Sequence record: NC_031120.1
Direction: 5' to 3' (one strand)
DNA length: 64,000 bases
Of the stretch, positions 52,245 through 61,297 are shown piece after piece (position 1 is the stretch's first letter; each line of letters begins with the position of its first letter). Under the pieces are notes generated by a model. It saw nothing but the letters and a program-made list of their open reading frames with translations. It made no database searches and was not told where the DNA came from. The position numbers were made by a program, and so were the translations under genes.

Positions 52245-52666
52245 TGGGTTGGTTTGATTGGTTAAAGCGCGATGAGTTACGACGCATCGAAGGATTGCGG
52301 GAACAGTTGCGGGAACAACGTAAACTTCGGCGTGAAGTGGAAGGTTTGCTGGAACTCAATGAAGAGCTTCTGCAAACTGTCTTGGGGCACATCAACGTCC
52401 AGATGCAGGGTGGTAAGCCGTGGGCGGAAGTGTATAACGAGGTCATGGCGAAACTGGGTGATAAAACGCAGGCCGGTGTGCGGCAGGCTACGTTAGCGCT
52501 GATGCACGAATGGCAGATACAAGGCAAGAACATCAACATGATACAGGACCCGGTGTTTGAGTTCCCGGAACCACATCGTGCGGTATTCCCCAACGGCACC
52601 GAGGTCATGGGGCTGAAATCTGAACCATCCGACAATACCTGGTGGAAAGAACACTCAGGTCGTTAA
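52244..52666 (+). CDS. coiled-coil hypothetical protein
   Basis: TGATG-coupled; MGWFDWLKR then heptads. Confidence 0.7.
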   Translation: MGWFDWLKRDELRRIEGLREQLREQRKLRREVEGLLELNEELLQTVLGHINVQMQGGKPWAEVYNEVMAKLGDKTQAGVRQATLALMHEWQIQGKNINMIQDPVFEFPEPHRAVFPNGTEVMGLKSEPSDNTWWKEHSGR

Positions 52667-52689
52667 TAATACCATTAAGGAGAATCACA

Positions 52690-53736
52690 ATGTTAAAACC
52701 ACGTAAACTCAAGAACCGTTATCAGGTGACAAAACAGACTACCTCCCGCACCTCTCGTGCACAAGCGGTCGTTATCTACGGCGGCAAGAAGAAGTTGCTG
52801 CATCTCGCCTTCGAGAAGATTCGCAAAATCAATAAAGAAGTTGAGCCGATGCTGTTGAACCCCAATGGCCGCGATGACTTCTTCATGATGCGCCGTGTCA
52901 TCAAAGACATTTTCCGCATGACCCAAGCCGAGTGGATTCTCTCTTGGGTTGACGATCGTCGTGAACTGTACTTCCACCGTAAGTTCCCACGACCAAAACC
53001 GTTCGTGCTTTCTCAGGAAGCACTGGACAAAATTCTTAATCATTGCAGCCCCGATAGTGATTGTCGCCAGCGTCCTTCTGCCCTGTTTGGCAATATTGGT
53101 ATCAACGCCAATAAAGAACAGGAATCAGCTAGCAGTTACGTGAATCGTAAATTCGGACTGGTGAGACAGGAACTGGCCGCGCACACGGTAGATACCGATG
53201 TCTCAGAGGCGTACAACTGGACAACGCTCTCTGTTGACCAGATAGCCGGTATCATGACAAAGGTCCAGGCGGATGCCGGATTGAGCAGTTTGGGGTCAGG
53301 TGCCCGTATGCCACTGCTGCCGGACCAAATCGATGCGATACTGGAAAAGGCGCAGGTCCTGTGGGATAAAGGCACAACCTACGGCTTGGATGTACTGTCA
53401 TCAGATACGCTGGTTTCCTGGTTGGTAAAACACGGTGAAGTCACCCGTCCGAAAGTCATCGACTACCTCGGCCATCTGAATGCTGGAAGTATGCCGTCGT
53501 TCGATCCGGAGCTATTGCACCGTATCCGCGGTATGGCAGAGGATATCAACCTCAGTTTCTTTACCGATGGTCTGGCCTCTGAAGCGACAATCAGCGATCT
53601 CATGTTAGTCAGCACCCCGGAACGCGACGGAGGTGCCTACTACAGAGCTATCAAAGAACGTACGCCGGGCGATGGCTCTATCCAGATTACCATTGATTCT
53701 CTGCCTCAGCTTGATAAGGATGGCGAAGATGCTTAA
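52690..53736 (+). CDS. hypothetical protein
   Basis: ATG 52690 with AAGGAG; 348 aa. Confidence 0.75.
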   Translation: MLKPRKLKNRYQVTKQTTSRTSRAQAVVIYGGKKKLLHLAFEKIRKINKEVEPMLLNPNGRDDFFMMRRVIKDIFRMTQAEWILSWVDDRRELYFHRKFPRPKPFVLSQEALDKILNHCSPDSDCRQRPSALFGNIGINANKEQESASSYVNRKFGLVRQELAAHTVDTDVSEAYNWTTLSVDQIAGIMTKVQADAGLSSLGSGARMPLLPDQIDAILEKAQVLWDKGTTYGLDVLSSDTLVSWLVKHGEVTRPKVIDYLGHLNAGSMPSFDPELLHRIRGMAEDINLSFFTDGLASEATISDLMLVSTPERDGGAYYRAIKERTPGDGSIQITIDSLPQLDKDGEDA

Positions 53737-54133
53737 ACCACGTAAGTGTCGTAAATTACTGCTGATTATCAGCCCACAACTGAAAGCGGCAAAAGGTAAG
53801 AAGCTCTACGCCATTAATGGGAAATGGGCAGGCGACGAGTTTGTGAAGTATGTCAATGCGAGTCCTTCAATGCGTCCACAGTTTGGCATGGTCGGTCGTA
53901 AGCTCGGCACTATCTATCGTCGCCACATGGAGAAATTCTTCTCCGGTGACAGAAAGGTAGACTGGACAAAACTTCACGGTGTTCCTGAAACGGAACTGCC
54001 CCAGCGGCAGACGGGGCAGAAAGCACTGGCCGAAATACTGTCAGGCACACGGATAGACTTCAATTACCACCATCATATACCCGACACCACCCAGAAGCAT
54101 TACTTTGCCACAATCGAAGCACAAACAAAATAA
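53729..54133 (+). CDS. basic hypothetical protein
   Basis: ATG 53729; 134 aa. Confidence 0.7.
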   Translation: MLKPRKCRKLLLIISPQLKAAKGKKLYAINGKWAGDEFVKYVNASPSMRPQFGMVGRKLGTIYRRHMEKFFSGDRKVDWTKLHGVPETELPQRQTGQKALAEILSGTRIDFNYHHHIPDTTQKHYFATIEAQTK

Positions 54134-54138
54134 GTGGT

Positions 54139-54175
54139 ACCCTACTCCTTCGGGGGTAGGGTTTCTTCTTTTTTT
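54139..54175 (+). terminator. intrinsic terminator
   Basis: ACCCTACTCC-TTCG-GGGGTAGGGT plus T run. Confidence 0.9.
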
Positions 54176-54201
54176 GTCTAAGTTCGATTATAAATAATTT
54201 C

Positions 54202-54223
54202 AGATATATATTACCTAGGTGAG
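54202..54223 (+). promoter_or_regulatory. putative early promoter
   Basis: AGATATATATTACC-TAG-GTGAG, identical to 2948-2969. Confidence 0.75.
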
Positions 54224-54278
54224 ATTAGAGTATTAATCTTATCTTACAACCCCTAATTGACTATCAAGGAATACTATC

Positions 54279-54776
54279 ATGACTCCAGCACAACGTAACC
54301 GCCTGAACGAACTCCGCGCTAACCAAGCTGCCCGCCAAGCAGCTCCAGTCGCGCCGGTTAAGAAACCTGTTGTACAGGCTGCACCAAAAGTCAAGCTGTC
54401 CCCAGAGCAACGTCTGCGTCTGGAAGAGTTGCGTAACAAGCGCGCTACTGCACCAACCGTAGCAGTGGCAGTAGTGCCAGTACAAGCGAAGACCATCAGC
54501 GCCGGTTCCATGACCCCGGCACAGCGTGCTCGCTTAGACGAACTGCGTGCTAACCAGCAGCAGCGTGTGAGCACCGGTACCCATCCGATGAGCGCCGCCA
54601 CCGAACGCCTGAATGCACTGCGCGACGAAACGCACAACCTGGGCATCATCGGTACCATTAATGAAATGACTCGCATCGTAGAAGATACCGCGCGTCAGAT
54701 TCACGAAGATAACCAAATGCACTTTAACGTGGTTGACCATCAGAATCACATGAACCATCTGATGATGAGCCAGTAA
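54279..54776 (+). CDS. early repeat protein (four TPxQRxRLxELR helices)
   Basis: 165 aa, AAGGA RBS, first gene after the promoter. Confidence 0.8.
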   Translation: MTPAQRNRLNELRANQAARQAAPVAPVKKPVVQAAPKVKLSPEQRLRLEELRNKRATAPTVAVAVVPVQAKTISAGSMTPAQRARLDELRANQQQRVSTGTHPMSAATERLNALRDETHNLGIIGTINEMTRIVEDTARQIHEDNQMHFNVVDHQNHMNHLMMSQ

Positions 54777-54793
54777 TCTACCGCCTGTAGTTC

Positions 54794-54818
54794 CTCCCTA
54801 CCCATCCGGGGTAGGGAG
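54794..54818 (+). other. GC-rich hairpin without U tail
   Basis: CTCCCTACCC/GGGTAGGGAG stem. Confidence 0.5.
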
Positions 54819-54851
54819 TCATTCTAATTAAATTATACTAGGAGTATCACC

Positions 54852-55073
54852 ATGCGCAATCTGTTCACTAAATCTACCCCAGCTGTTGCACCTGTTAAAA
54901 CTGTTGCTAAGAAAAACGAAGACATGCTCGACATCCTGCTGAAGCTCTCTCACACCGAGCGTGCTGCGGTAATGAAAACCATCAAAGAAGGTAACAAGAT
55001 GGTTGACAACCTGGATGTCGTATATGGAAAAAAGGAGAAACCAAAAAGTAATGGTCTGGTCTGGATGTGCTAA
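54852..55073 (+). CDS. hypothetical protein
   Basis: 73 aa, AGGAG RBS. Confidence 0.75.
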   Translation: MRNLFTKSTPAVAPVKTVAKKNEDMLDILLKLSHTERAAVMKTIKEGNKMVDNLDVVYGKKEKPKSNGLVWMC

Positions 55074-55108
55074 GGACAACACCATGACCAAGTACCACCG
55101 GCGATGTT

Positions 55109-55148
55109 AGCGTACAGGGATAACCTGTACGCTTCGCTTTATTTTTTG
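55109..55148 (+). terminator. intrinsic terminator
   Basis: AGCGTACAGG/CCTGTACGCT stem plus T run. Confidence 0.75.
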
Positions 55149-55211
55149 GATTTCACCTGTGCTCTTACGAGTGCGCAGATTAAATCCTAATTGACAATCA
55201 AGGAGTAACTT

Positions 55212-55886
55212 ATGTTTTTACGTTTAACTGAATCCGATGCCCGCGAAGTCATGGAATCCGGCGATACATTTAACCTCATTCGCAGCGCGAAGTTCAAGAG
55301 CTATCCTGACGTCCACTATATTGCGGTGGCCGAAGGAGAGAGAAGTCCACACCGGGTGTACATGCTGGGCTTTGGCAGCAAACGCTGGGCGATGCTCAAC
55401 TACATCGAAAACCAATGGGTAATGGAATGCCATGGCTTTATAGATGACTTGACTTACTGCACGCACTGGCGACGTGATGCTGAGTTTGAAGTGGTGTGTT
55501 CTAACTGGAAAACCGAAGTACGGTTAATCCTCAACGAATACACGAAAAACCAGGAAGAGTTCTCTTTCCCGTATCTCGCTGGTGTCCACCCATCGGTGGC
55601 GAAGCTGATTAAAGACTTCGAGCTGAAGGCGAAGTTACGGGTACGCATTACGCAAAAGGTCAGCCGCCCGGTGGGTGATTACCGTACTGTGGTCGGTCGC
55701 TTACCACCCTCAACGAGCTGCTACGCCAACTTCATGAAACGCTATCAAACCGCACTGAAACTCCAGGACGATGAGCTGGAGATTTATTATCCAGCCGAAG
55801 ACCGTTGGATTGGCAGCAGCGGCAAAAAGAATTATGTCCGCGATATCTTTCTTATCACGATGAAAGAATTGCGAATTCAAGATTAA
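55212..55886 (+). CDS. hypothetical protein
   Basis: 224 aa, AAGGAG RBS. Confidence 0.8.
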   Translation: MFLRLTESDAREVMESGDTFNLIRSAKFKSYPDVHYIAVAEGERSPHRVYMLGFGSKRWAMLNYIENQWVMECHGFIDDLTYCTHWRRDAEFEVVCSNWKTEVRLILNEYTKNQEEFSFPYLAGVHPSVAKLIKDFELKAKLRVRITQKVSRPVGDYRTVVGRLPPSTSCYANFMKRYQTALKLQDDELEIYYPAEDRWIGSSGKKNYVRDIFLITMKELRIQD

Positions 55887-55891
55887 GAAAT

Positions 55892-55918
55892 GGGAGCTTC
55901 GGCTCCCTCTCTTTTTTT
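55892..55918 (+). terminator. intrinsic terminator
   Basis: GGGAGC-TTCG-GCTCCC plus T run. Confidence 0.85.
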
Positions 55919-56051
55919 GTTCGGCCCTTCTTTTTTTGTCCAGGCAGATAACCCCACAGTGAACATGGCCGTCCCTTAATATGCTGGCAGGGGGTTATCA
56001 CTACTTCGGTAGTGCTTGGCCTTATTACACCTTAATAACCGAGTTAACGCG

Positions 56052-56846
56052 ATGTCTTTTCAATCCAAACAGAATCTGCTTAAACTCATCAACAAAGAGA
56101 ACGCCATCTCACCTGAGCTGACGTTTGATGATGTTGATATCTCTCTGCCGGAGGTGGTTTCAGTCGACGGTCGTGATTCAAAGGTTACCTTAACCTCGAA
56201 AATCAGGGGCGACGAAGGATCGCAGGTTGACGTGACATATCACCGTCGCGATCTCCCTGATTATGTTGCAGGCGATCTGTCGTTCGATACAATCGGTGTG
56301 GTCACGACCCACGATTATATTCCCGCGCTTAACGATCGTTTCGATCTGAACCTGCTTCCGGAAGACCTGGAAGACGCCCCGGTCGCGGGTGATTCGCATA
56401 CGGTGGTTGCCGTGCCGACATCACACGAATGGCGTGGGAGCGTTACACTACAACTCGTTACCGCAGTACCTTTAGCGTCTGTCATCCCTCTTAACGAATT
56501 AGATGGTCTGTTGTATCCTGACCACCAAACGACCGCACTGGGCCAAGCCTCGGTGTACTCGTACGGCCTGGATGCAAGTGCACTCGACAGCTGGATTCCT
56601 TCCTTGCGTGCTGGTACCGCGGACATGACTGCCTTTGCGAAGGCGCTCAGCACCATTGTACCGGAACTGTGGGTGAATGAACTCAATGCAGTGCCGTATA
56701 ACCTTTCACAGGCAGTATTCCAGTTCTACGGCTCGCCTGCGAGCATTCCTGGAACCAACCCGGCATTCGACAGTGTCCTTGGCTTACAGCTGAGCCCACT
56801 GTGTTCGAACTTCCAGGGCACCTTACTGCTGCACTTTAACAACTAG
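56052..56846 (+). CDS. tail/baseplate paralog family member 1 (phiKZ gp131-like family)
   Basis: SK..LL.LIN..N, Y.R.DL, C-terminal LLLHFN. Confidence 0.65.
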   Translation: MSFQSKQNLLKLINKENAISPELTFDDVDISLPEVVSVDGRDSKVTLTSKIRGDEGSQVDVTYHRRDLPDYVAGDLSFDTIGVVTTHDYIPALNDRFDLNLLPEDLEDAPVAGDSHTVVAVPTSHEWRGSVTLQLVTAVPLASVIPLNELDGLLYPDHQTTALGQASVYSYGLDASALDSWIPSLRAGTADMTAFAKALSTIVPELWVNELNAVPYNLSQAVFQFYGSPASIPGTNPAFDSVLGLQLSPLCSNFQGTLLLHFNN

Positions 56847-56855
56847 GAGGGCTGA

Positions 56856-57698
56856 GTGTCTATCTACAAGAAACCCTCACGCGAGATGTTGTTAGATGCC
56901 ATTAACCGGCAGAACAACCTGACGGCCAAACCGCTGACGTGGAACCAAATCGCTTCGGGTTATCCCGAAGAGGTATTGACCCCCGGGGCTGACCGTAATA
57001 CCCGCGTCCTGTTATACGGACTGAACGGCCAGGGTTATCGCGGGAACGTTACTATCGAATACGACCGTATTCTGATGTCAGTGTTGTTCCGCAACGTGAT
57101 TCCGGTCGTGATTGCGAACCCCGTGCAAAACGTGTCCCAGTTACTTCCGGCGCTGAACGCGAAATACGGCCTGTCATTGGTTGCCAGTGACATTGACGAT
57201 TTCTCGGTGGCGTCAATGGGAGAGAACTGGATTGCCGACGTTTCCATTAAGCCGGGCTGTTTGGCTTGGAAAGGGACGTTCAAACTGCGTTACGCGAAGT
57301 TCTTCCCGAATCTTGCGGACGCCGTAACAGACCAAGCCTTACTGGCGATTATCCCACCGTTTACGGTGAGTGCTAAGCCACAGGGTGAGTACGTAGCCTA
57401 TGGCTACGACTGGACGAACATGACCCAGCAGTTCGGCACGGATTGGGCGTACAACCGCGCGTTGACCGCCGATGATGTGGATTTGCTTAACGAAGTGGTT
57501 CCACTGAAGTTTGGCTACGTAACCGGCGCAACTGCACAAACCGGGCAGATAGCGTTACAGGGTGCGCGTTTTATGGGAACAGCAGCCGTTACACCGGGCG
57601 ACCAGTATGACGACTCTTTCCAGCGTGTGGCGATTATCAAGCTAGCAGCGGACAGCAACTATGCGGGTAATCTCATCCTTCACTATCAACCGATATAA
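56856..57698 (+). CDS. tail/baseplate paralog family member 2
   Basis: S..MLL.AIN..N, NT....G..GY.G....Y.R, LILHY. Confidence 0.65.
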   Translation: MSIYKKPSREMLLDAINRQNNLTAKPLTWNQIASGYPEEVLTPGADRNTRVLLYGLNGQGYRGNVTIEYDRILMSVLFRNVIPVVIANPVQNVSQLLPALNAKYGLSLVASDIDDFSVASMGENWIADVSIKPGCLAWKGTFKLRYAKFFPNLADAVTDQALLAIIPPFTVSAKPQGEYVAYGYDWTNMTQQFGTDWAYNRALTADDVDLLNEVVPLKFGYVTGATAQTGQIALQGARFMGTAAVTPGDQYDDSFQRVAIIKLAADSNYAGNLILHYQPI

Positions 57699-57706
57699 GG
57701 ATTCCC

Positions 57707-58552
57707 ATGCCACTTTTAGCCACCGCAGAAGAAGTTATTCTGAAAGCGTTGAACACTGAGAACCATCTCGACCTGAAAGTCGCAGAAGTGGTCTTCGGTG
57801 TCCCGGCCACTCCGACTGAGCCGGATGATGTGACCAAAGCCCAAGGTTTAAATACCATGGTGCGTATCCAGGCACTGGCGACAGCCAACGCCATCGGGGC
57901 CACCACCGTGTATTACGACCGCGTGGACTTCGCTGATATGTTTACCGGCGTGGATGGTATCCAGCCGATGCGTATCCCAGCACGTTTAGATACGGTCTTT
58001 ACGGCACACCAGGTTGTAGGCTTGATTAACCAATATTACGGTTTGAGCCTGCGTCCTAATGACATCCTCGATACGGATATCGACCGCAAAACCTGGATGA
58101 TGGATTTGATTGCCACACCAACCTCCTTAGGGTGGATTGGCCAGCAGCAGATTCAGCTGTTACCGGGTGATGCGTTATTGCCGGTCAACTTTGACCCGGT
58201 CACGGTGACGCCGTACGAGTACCCGTACTTCAACACGAAGGTCGGGCAGTCCGCAGTCTATTCGTATCCATGGCGTTTTGACAATTATGCAGCAGAGTTC
58301 CAGGCCGCTGGGTTGAACATCACCCCAGAACGTTTAGGCCAGATTCTGAAGACCGTCACCGGTGACGGGTGGATGGTTTACCGTAACCCGGTGAACTACA
58401 ACCTGAAGGAAGCGATTGTGGTGTATAACGGGCCGAACAAAGCATCGTTCCCGTCAAACCCGTCAATCGACAATGTCCTGGTGGTCGAATTGTCGCTGTA
58501 CAGTCTTAACCTTGGTGGGCGTTTGTACCTCCACTACAACGATCCTGATTAA
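57707..58552 (+). CDS. tail/baseplate paralog family member 3
   Basis: same N- and C-terminal motifs; LYLHYN. Confidence 0.65.
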   Translation: MPLLATAEEVILKALNTENHLDLKVAEVVFGVPATPTEPDDVTKAQGLNTMVRIQALATANAIGATTVYYDRVDFADMFTGVDGIQPMRIPARLDTVFTAHQVVGLINQYYGLSLRPNDILDTDIDRKTWMMDLIATPTSLGWIGQQQIQLLPGDALLPVNFDPVTVTPYEYPYFNTKVGQSAVYSYPWRFDNYAAEFQAAGLNITPERLGQILKTVTGDGWMVYRNPVNYNLKEAIVVYNGPNKASFPSNPSIDNVLVVELSLYSLNLGGRLYLHYNDPD

Positions 58553-58571
58553 TCCTGAGAAGGGAAGTTAA

Positions 58572-59483
58572 ATGAAACCTTTAAACAAAACGTCTGACCT
58601 GCTGGTTCTGGACCTTATCAACGAAAAGAACCCGGGTGCCGACCTCGAACTGGGCAAAGTCAAACTGGGTACTCCCGTTGCGGTTACCGACGAAGCTGCT
58701 GACCGCAACACGTCGCTGGAAGTGACTGCGCGTAAGAACTCCGGTTATATCGGCAAACAATCCGTCACCTATGACCGTCTGGAAGGGGTACCGCTGTTCC
58801 GTAACGTCACTGCCTATCTTGACGTGAAAACGCCGAAAACGTCCACCGACTTGCTGCCGACCCTGAACAATCTCTACGGTCTGAAAATCACCGAAGATGA
58901 TATCATCCCGGCGGCTATCCCAGATAACACCAACCCACCGCTGGCCAACCCGGACGATCCGGACCCGGTACCGGTGGACCACACCATTACCTTTAAAGAC
59001 GAGTGCCTGGCGTACCTCGGGACCATCCCGGTGAAAATCGGCCCACGTCCACAGGTGGGTGAGCGTCTGAGCCTGGTTGTAACGCAGACCAAACTCGATG
59101 GTCTGGTGTACCCGGATGGCCCGTCTGATGACAAAGGTCAGGCGTACATCTATTCCTACGGCATCGATGCTTCTGCTATTGCACCGTTCCTGGATGTTCA
59201 GGCGACCGGCGTCATGGCAAACGACACTGCCTTTGCAGTAGAGATGAACAAAATCGTGCCAGAGCTGTGGGTGGCCGACGATGCCGCACATGACTACAAC
59301 CTGAAAGGCGCGAACGTGCTGTACGTTGGCCTGACTGCGGATGACGGTACGGCAACCGGTAGCGATCCGAAGAAGCCTGTTGAAGGTGCAAACCTGGCCT
59401 ACAACAAAGTGATGCTGCTGGAGCTGGATGACACCAAGTGCTCTAACTTCACCGGTATCATGTTCCTGCACTTCAACGCCTAA
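58572..59483 (+). CDS. tail/baseplate paralog family member 4
   Basis: same motifs; Pro/Asp-rich insertions; MFLHFN. Confidence 0.65.
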   Translation: MKPLNKTSDLLVLDLINEKNPGADLELGKVKLGTPVAVTDEAADRNTSLEVTARKNSGYIGKQSVTYDRLEGVPLFRNVTAYLDVKTPKTSTDLLPTLNNLYGLKITEDDIIPAAIPDNTNPPLANPDDPDPVPVDHTITFKDECLAYLGTIPVKIGPRPQVGERLSLVVTQTKLDGLVYPDGPSDDKGQAYIYSYGIDASAIAPFLDVQATGVMANDTAFAVEMNKIVPELWVADDAAHDYNLKGANVLYVGLTADDGTATGSDPKKPVEGANLAYNKVMLLELDDTKCSNFTGIMFLHFNA

Positions 59484-59492
59484 TTAGGTCTC

Positions 59493-59538
59493 GCTGGGAG
59501 GGGGAAATCCTCCTCCTGGCGCTCTCCTTTCTTTTTTT
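59493..59538 (+). terminator. probable internal terminator/attenuator in paralog array
   Basis: GGGAGGGG/CCTCCTCC hairpin followed by T run. Confidence 0.55.
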
Positions 59539-59555
59539 AGGCCGAGGAGGCTAGC

Positions 59556-60395
59556 ATGGCTTTATACAGTCTGTCGCAGCGACAATTCCTGTATGACGCG
59601 ATTAACGCAGAGAACCCCGGGGCCATTGAGCCGATGGGCCTCAATAACGCGGACATCGGTATCCCGAAAGCGATTCCTGCCACACCGAGTGGAGCCAATA
59701 CCGAGATTACCATCCGTGGTCGCCAAGGTCGCGGTTACGTCGGGGTACAGACCTTCCGCTACAAACGTTTATCGCTGAACGACCTGTTCCGCAACATGAC
59801 ACCACAAGTGACGTCGCCAAATGCGTACGGGTGGCTGACTGCGGTGTCGAAGAAGACAGCGTTTGTGCAGAACATCAACGGGCGCTACGGTATGAACCTG
59901 GTGGCGGACGACATCCCGGATGTCTATGTGTACCTGAACCTGAATAACACGGTGGCCGTGAAAGCCAGCTGTATCCAGTACATCGGGTCGATCAGCTTTA
60001 TGTCCATCCGGGGTAAGAACAACCTCGAAGAACAGGTGGTCAACGATATTCTGCTCGAGCTGTCTCACCCGGTCCCTGCGAAGGACGGGAAGAAATGCAT
60101 GGCGATGTTGACCTACGGGGAAGACTTCACTGACGAAGTACAGGTAATGAACTCGTTTAAGAACGGGCGTCTGGATGTGGGTAGTAACTTCGACAGTGGC
60201 TACACCACCAACCTGATGGCTACGCTGGTTGCGCGCGGTCTACCGGCCTTTGATCCAACCGGTGTGAGTATTACCCGGTCGAAGACCACCTTAGTAGCGG
60301 GGGCGAACACGGCGTACGATAACGTACTGGTGCTGAGCGATATCACACTGGATGCGAACGTCGCGGGCGGTTGCATGCTTCACTACAACAATTAG
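59556..60395 (+). CDS. tail/baseplate paralog family member 5
   Basis: same motifs; CMLHYN. Confidence 0.65.
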   Translation: MALYSLSQRQFLYDAINAENPGAIEPMGLNNADIGIPKAIPATPSGANTEITIRGRQGRGYVGVQTFRYKRLSLNDLFRNMTPQVTSPNAYGWLTAVSKKTAFVQNINGRYGMNLVADDIPDVYVYLNLNNTVAVKASCIQYIGSISFMSIRGKNNLEEQVVNDILLELSHPVPAKDGKKCMAMLTYGEDFTDEVQVMNSFKNGRLDVGSNFDSGYTTNLMATLVARGLPAFDPTGVSITRSKTTLVAGANTAYDNVLVLSDITLDANVAGGCMLHYNN

Positions 60396-60406
60396 GAAAA
60401 GAACTA

Positions 60407-61294
60407 ATGGCTATTTATCAACCTTCGAAAGACGTCCTGTTGGCGGCAGTGAACAGCCAGAACTCGCTGAGTGTCAAGATGACCGACATCGTGTGGTCGG
60501 CACCGAAGGACATTCGTGGTACCGAAAAGGAAACCACCACACAGCGCAACACCATGGTGAAGATTACCGCCGATGGCGTGACCGGGTCTACCTGGTCAGG
60601 TAAGAAGAACCTGTACTACAACCGCATGAAGGTGGAAGACCTGGCGATTATCCTCGGCGATACGCTGGCTATTGGTCCGTCTAATGCCAAACTCCATACC
60701 GCCCTGGTTGGTCTGAATCAGCGTTACGGTTTTGCTCTGGAAGAGGGTGATTGGCTGGATGCCGATATCGAATGGAACGGCGACAAAACTGCCGGTACCG
60801 TGAAAGTGACCGCTGACCCAGAGTCGATTGGCTGGATTGGCCAGTACACTTTCAAAGTGGTGAAAGGTGATGAATCCCTGGTGTCCTCTGTGACCACCAG
60901 TGTCCTGACCGGTCTGAAATACCCGAACGGGCAGATGGGTTCCGAAACCGTCTCTGCGATTATCGCCCCGGTGTACTCGTACCCGTACAACTTCACCAAG
61001 TACCGCGATGCGCTGTTGGCGTTCACCCCAGGCGTGCTGTCGGGTCAGCCACTGACCGATATGGTCAACCTGCTGAAAGACATCACCGGTACCGCATGGG
61101 TAGCCACCACTGCGGCATCGTACGGCCTGGCAGGGGCAGAAGTGGTCAGCGTCGGTCTCAACGATCCGGTTGCGATGCCAACCAACGCGAAGTACAAGTA
61201 CGCTCTGGCATTGAAACTGCCTGCAACTTGTACCTCTATCGTCGGTACCCTGTACCTCCAGTTCAACGACCTGGACGACCCAAGCGAGGTATAA
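60407..61294 (+). CDS. tail/baseplate paralog family member 6
   Basis: ATG 60407; SK..LL.AVN..N; LYLQFN. Confidence 0.65.
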   Translation: MAIYQPSKDVLLAAVNSQNSLSVKMTDIVWSAPKDIRGTEKETTTQRNTMVKITADGVTGSTWSGKKNLYYNRMKVEDLAIILGDTLAIGPSNAKLHTALVGLNQRYGFALEEGDWLDADIEWNGDKTAGTVKVTADPESIGWIGQYTFKVVKGDESLVSSVTTSVLTGLKYPNGQMGSETVSAIIAPVYSYPYNFTKYRDALLAFTPGVLSGQPLTDMVNLLKDITGTAWVATTAASYGLAGAEVVSVGLNDPVAMPTNAKYKYALALKLPATCTSIVGTLYLQFNDLDDPSEV

Positions 61295-61297
61295 TCG

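Noticed and set aside
55960-55983. TAC-N15-TATG motif ahead of the tail array
   Set aside because: TATG is present at 55980 but the upstream triplet is AAC without the T run; not counted
58581-59471. 296-aa antisense ORF (likewise 21960-22688 and 34398-34994)
   Set aside because: Codon-bias shadows of well-supported + strand genes
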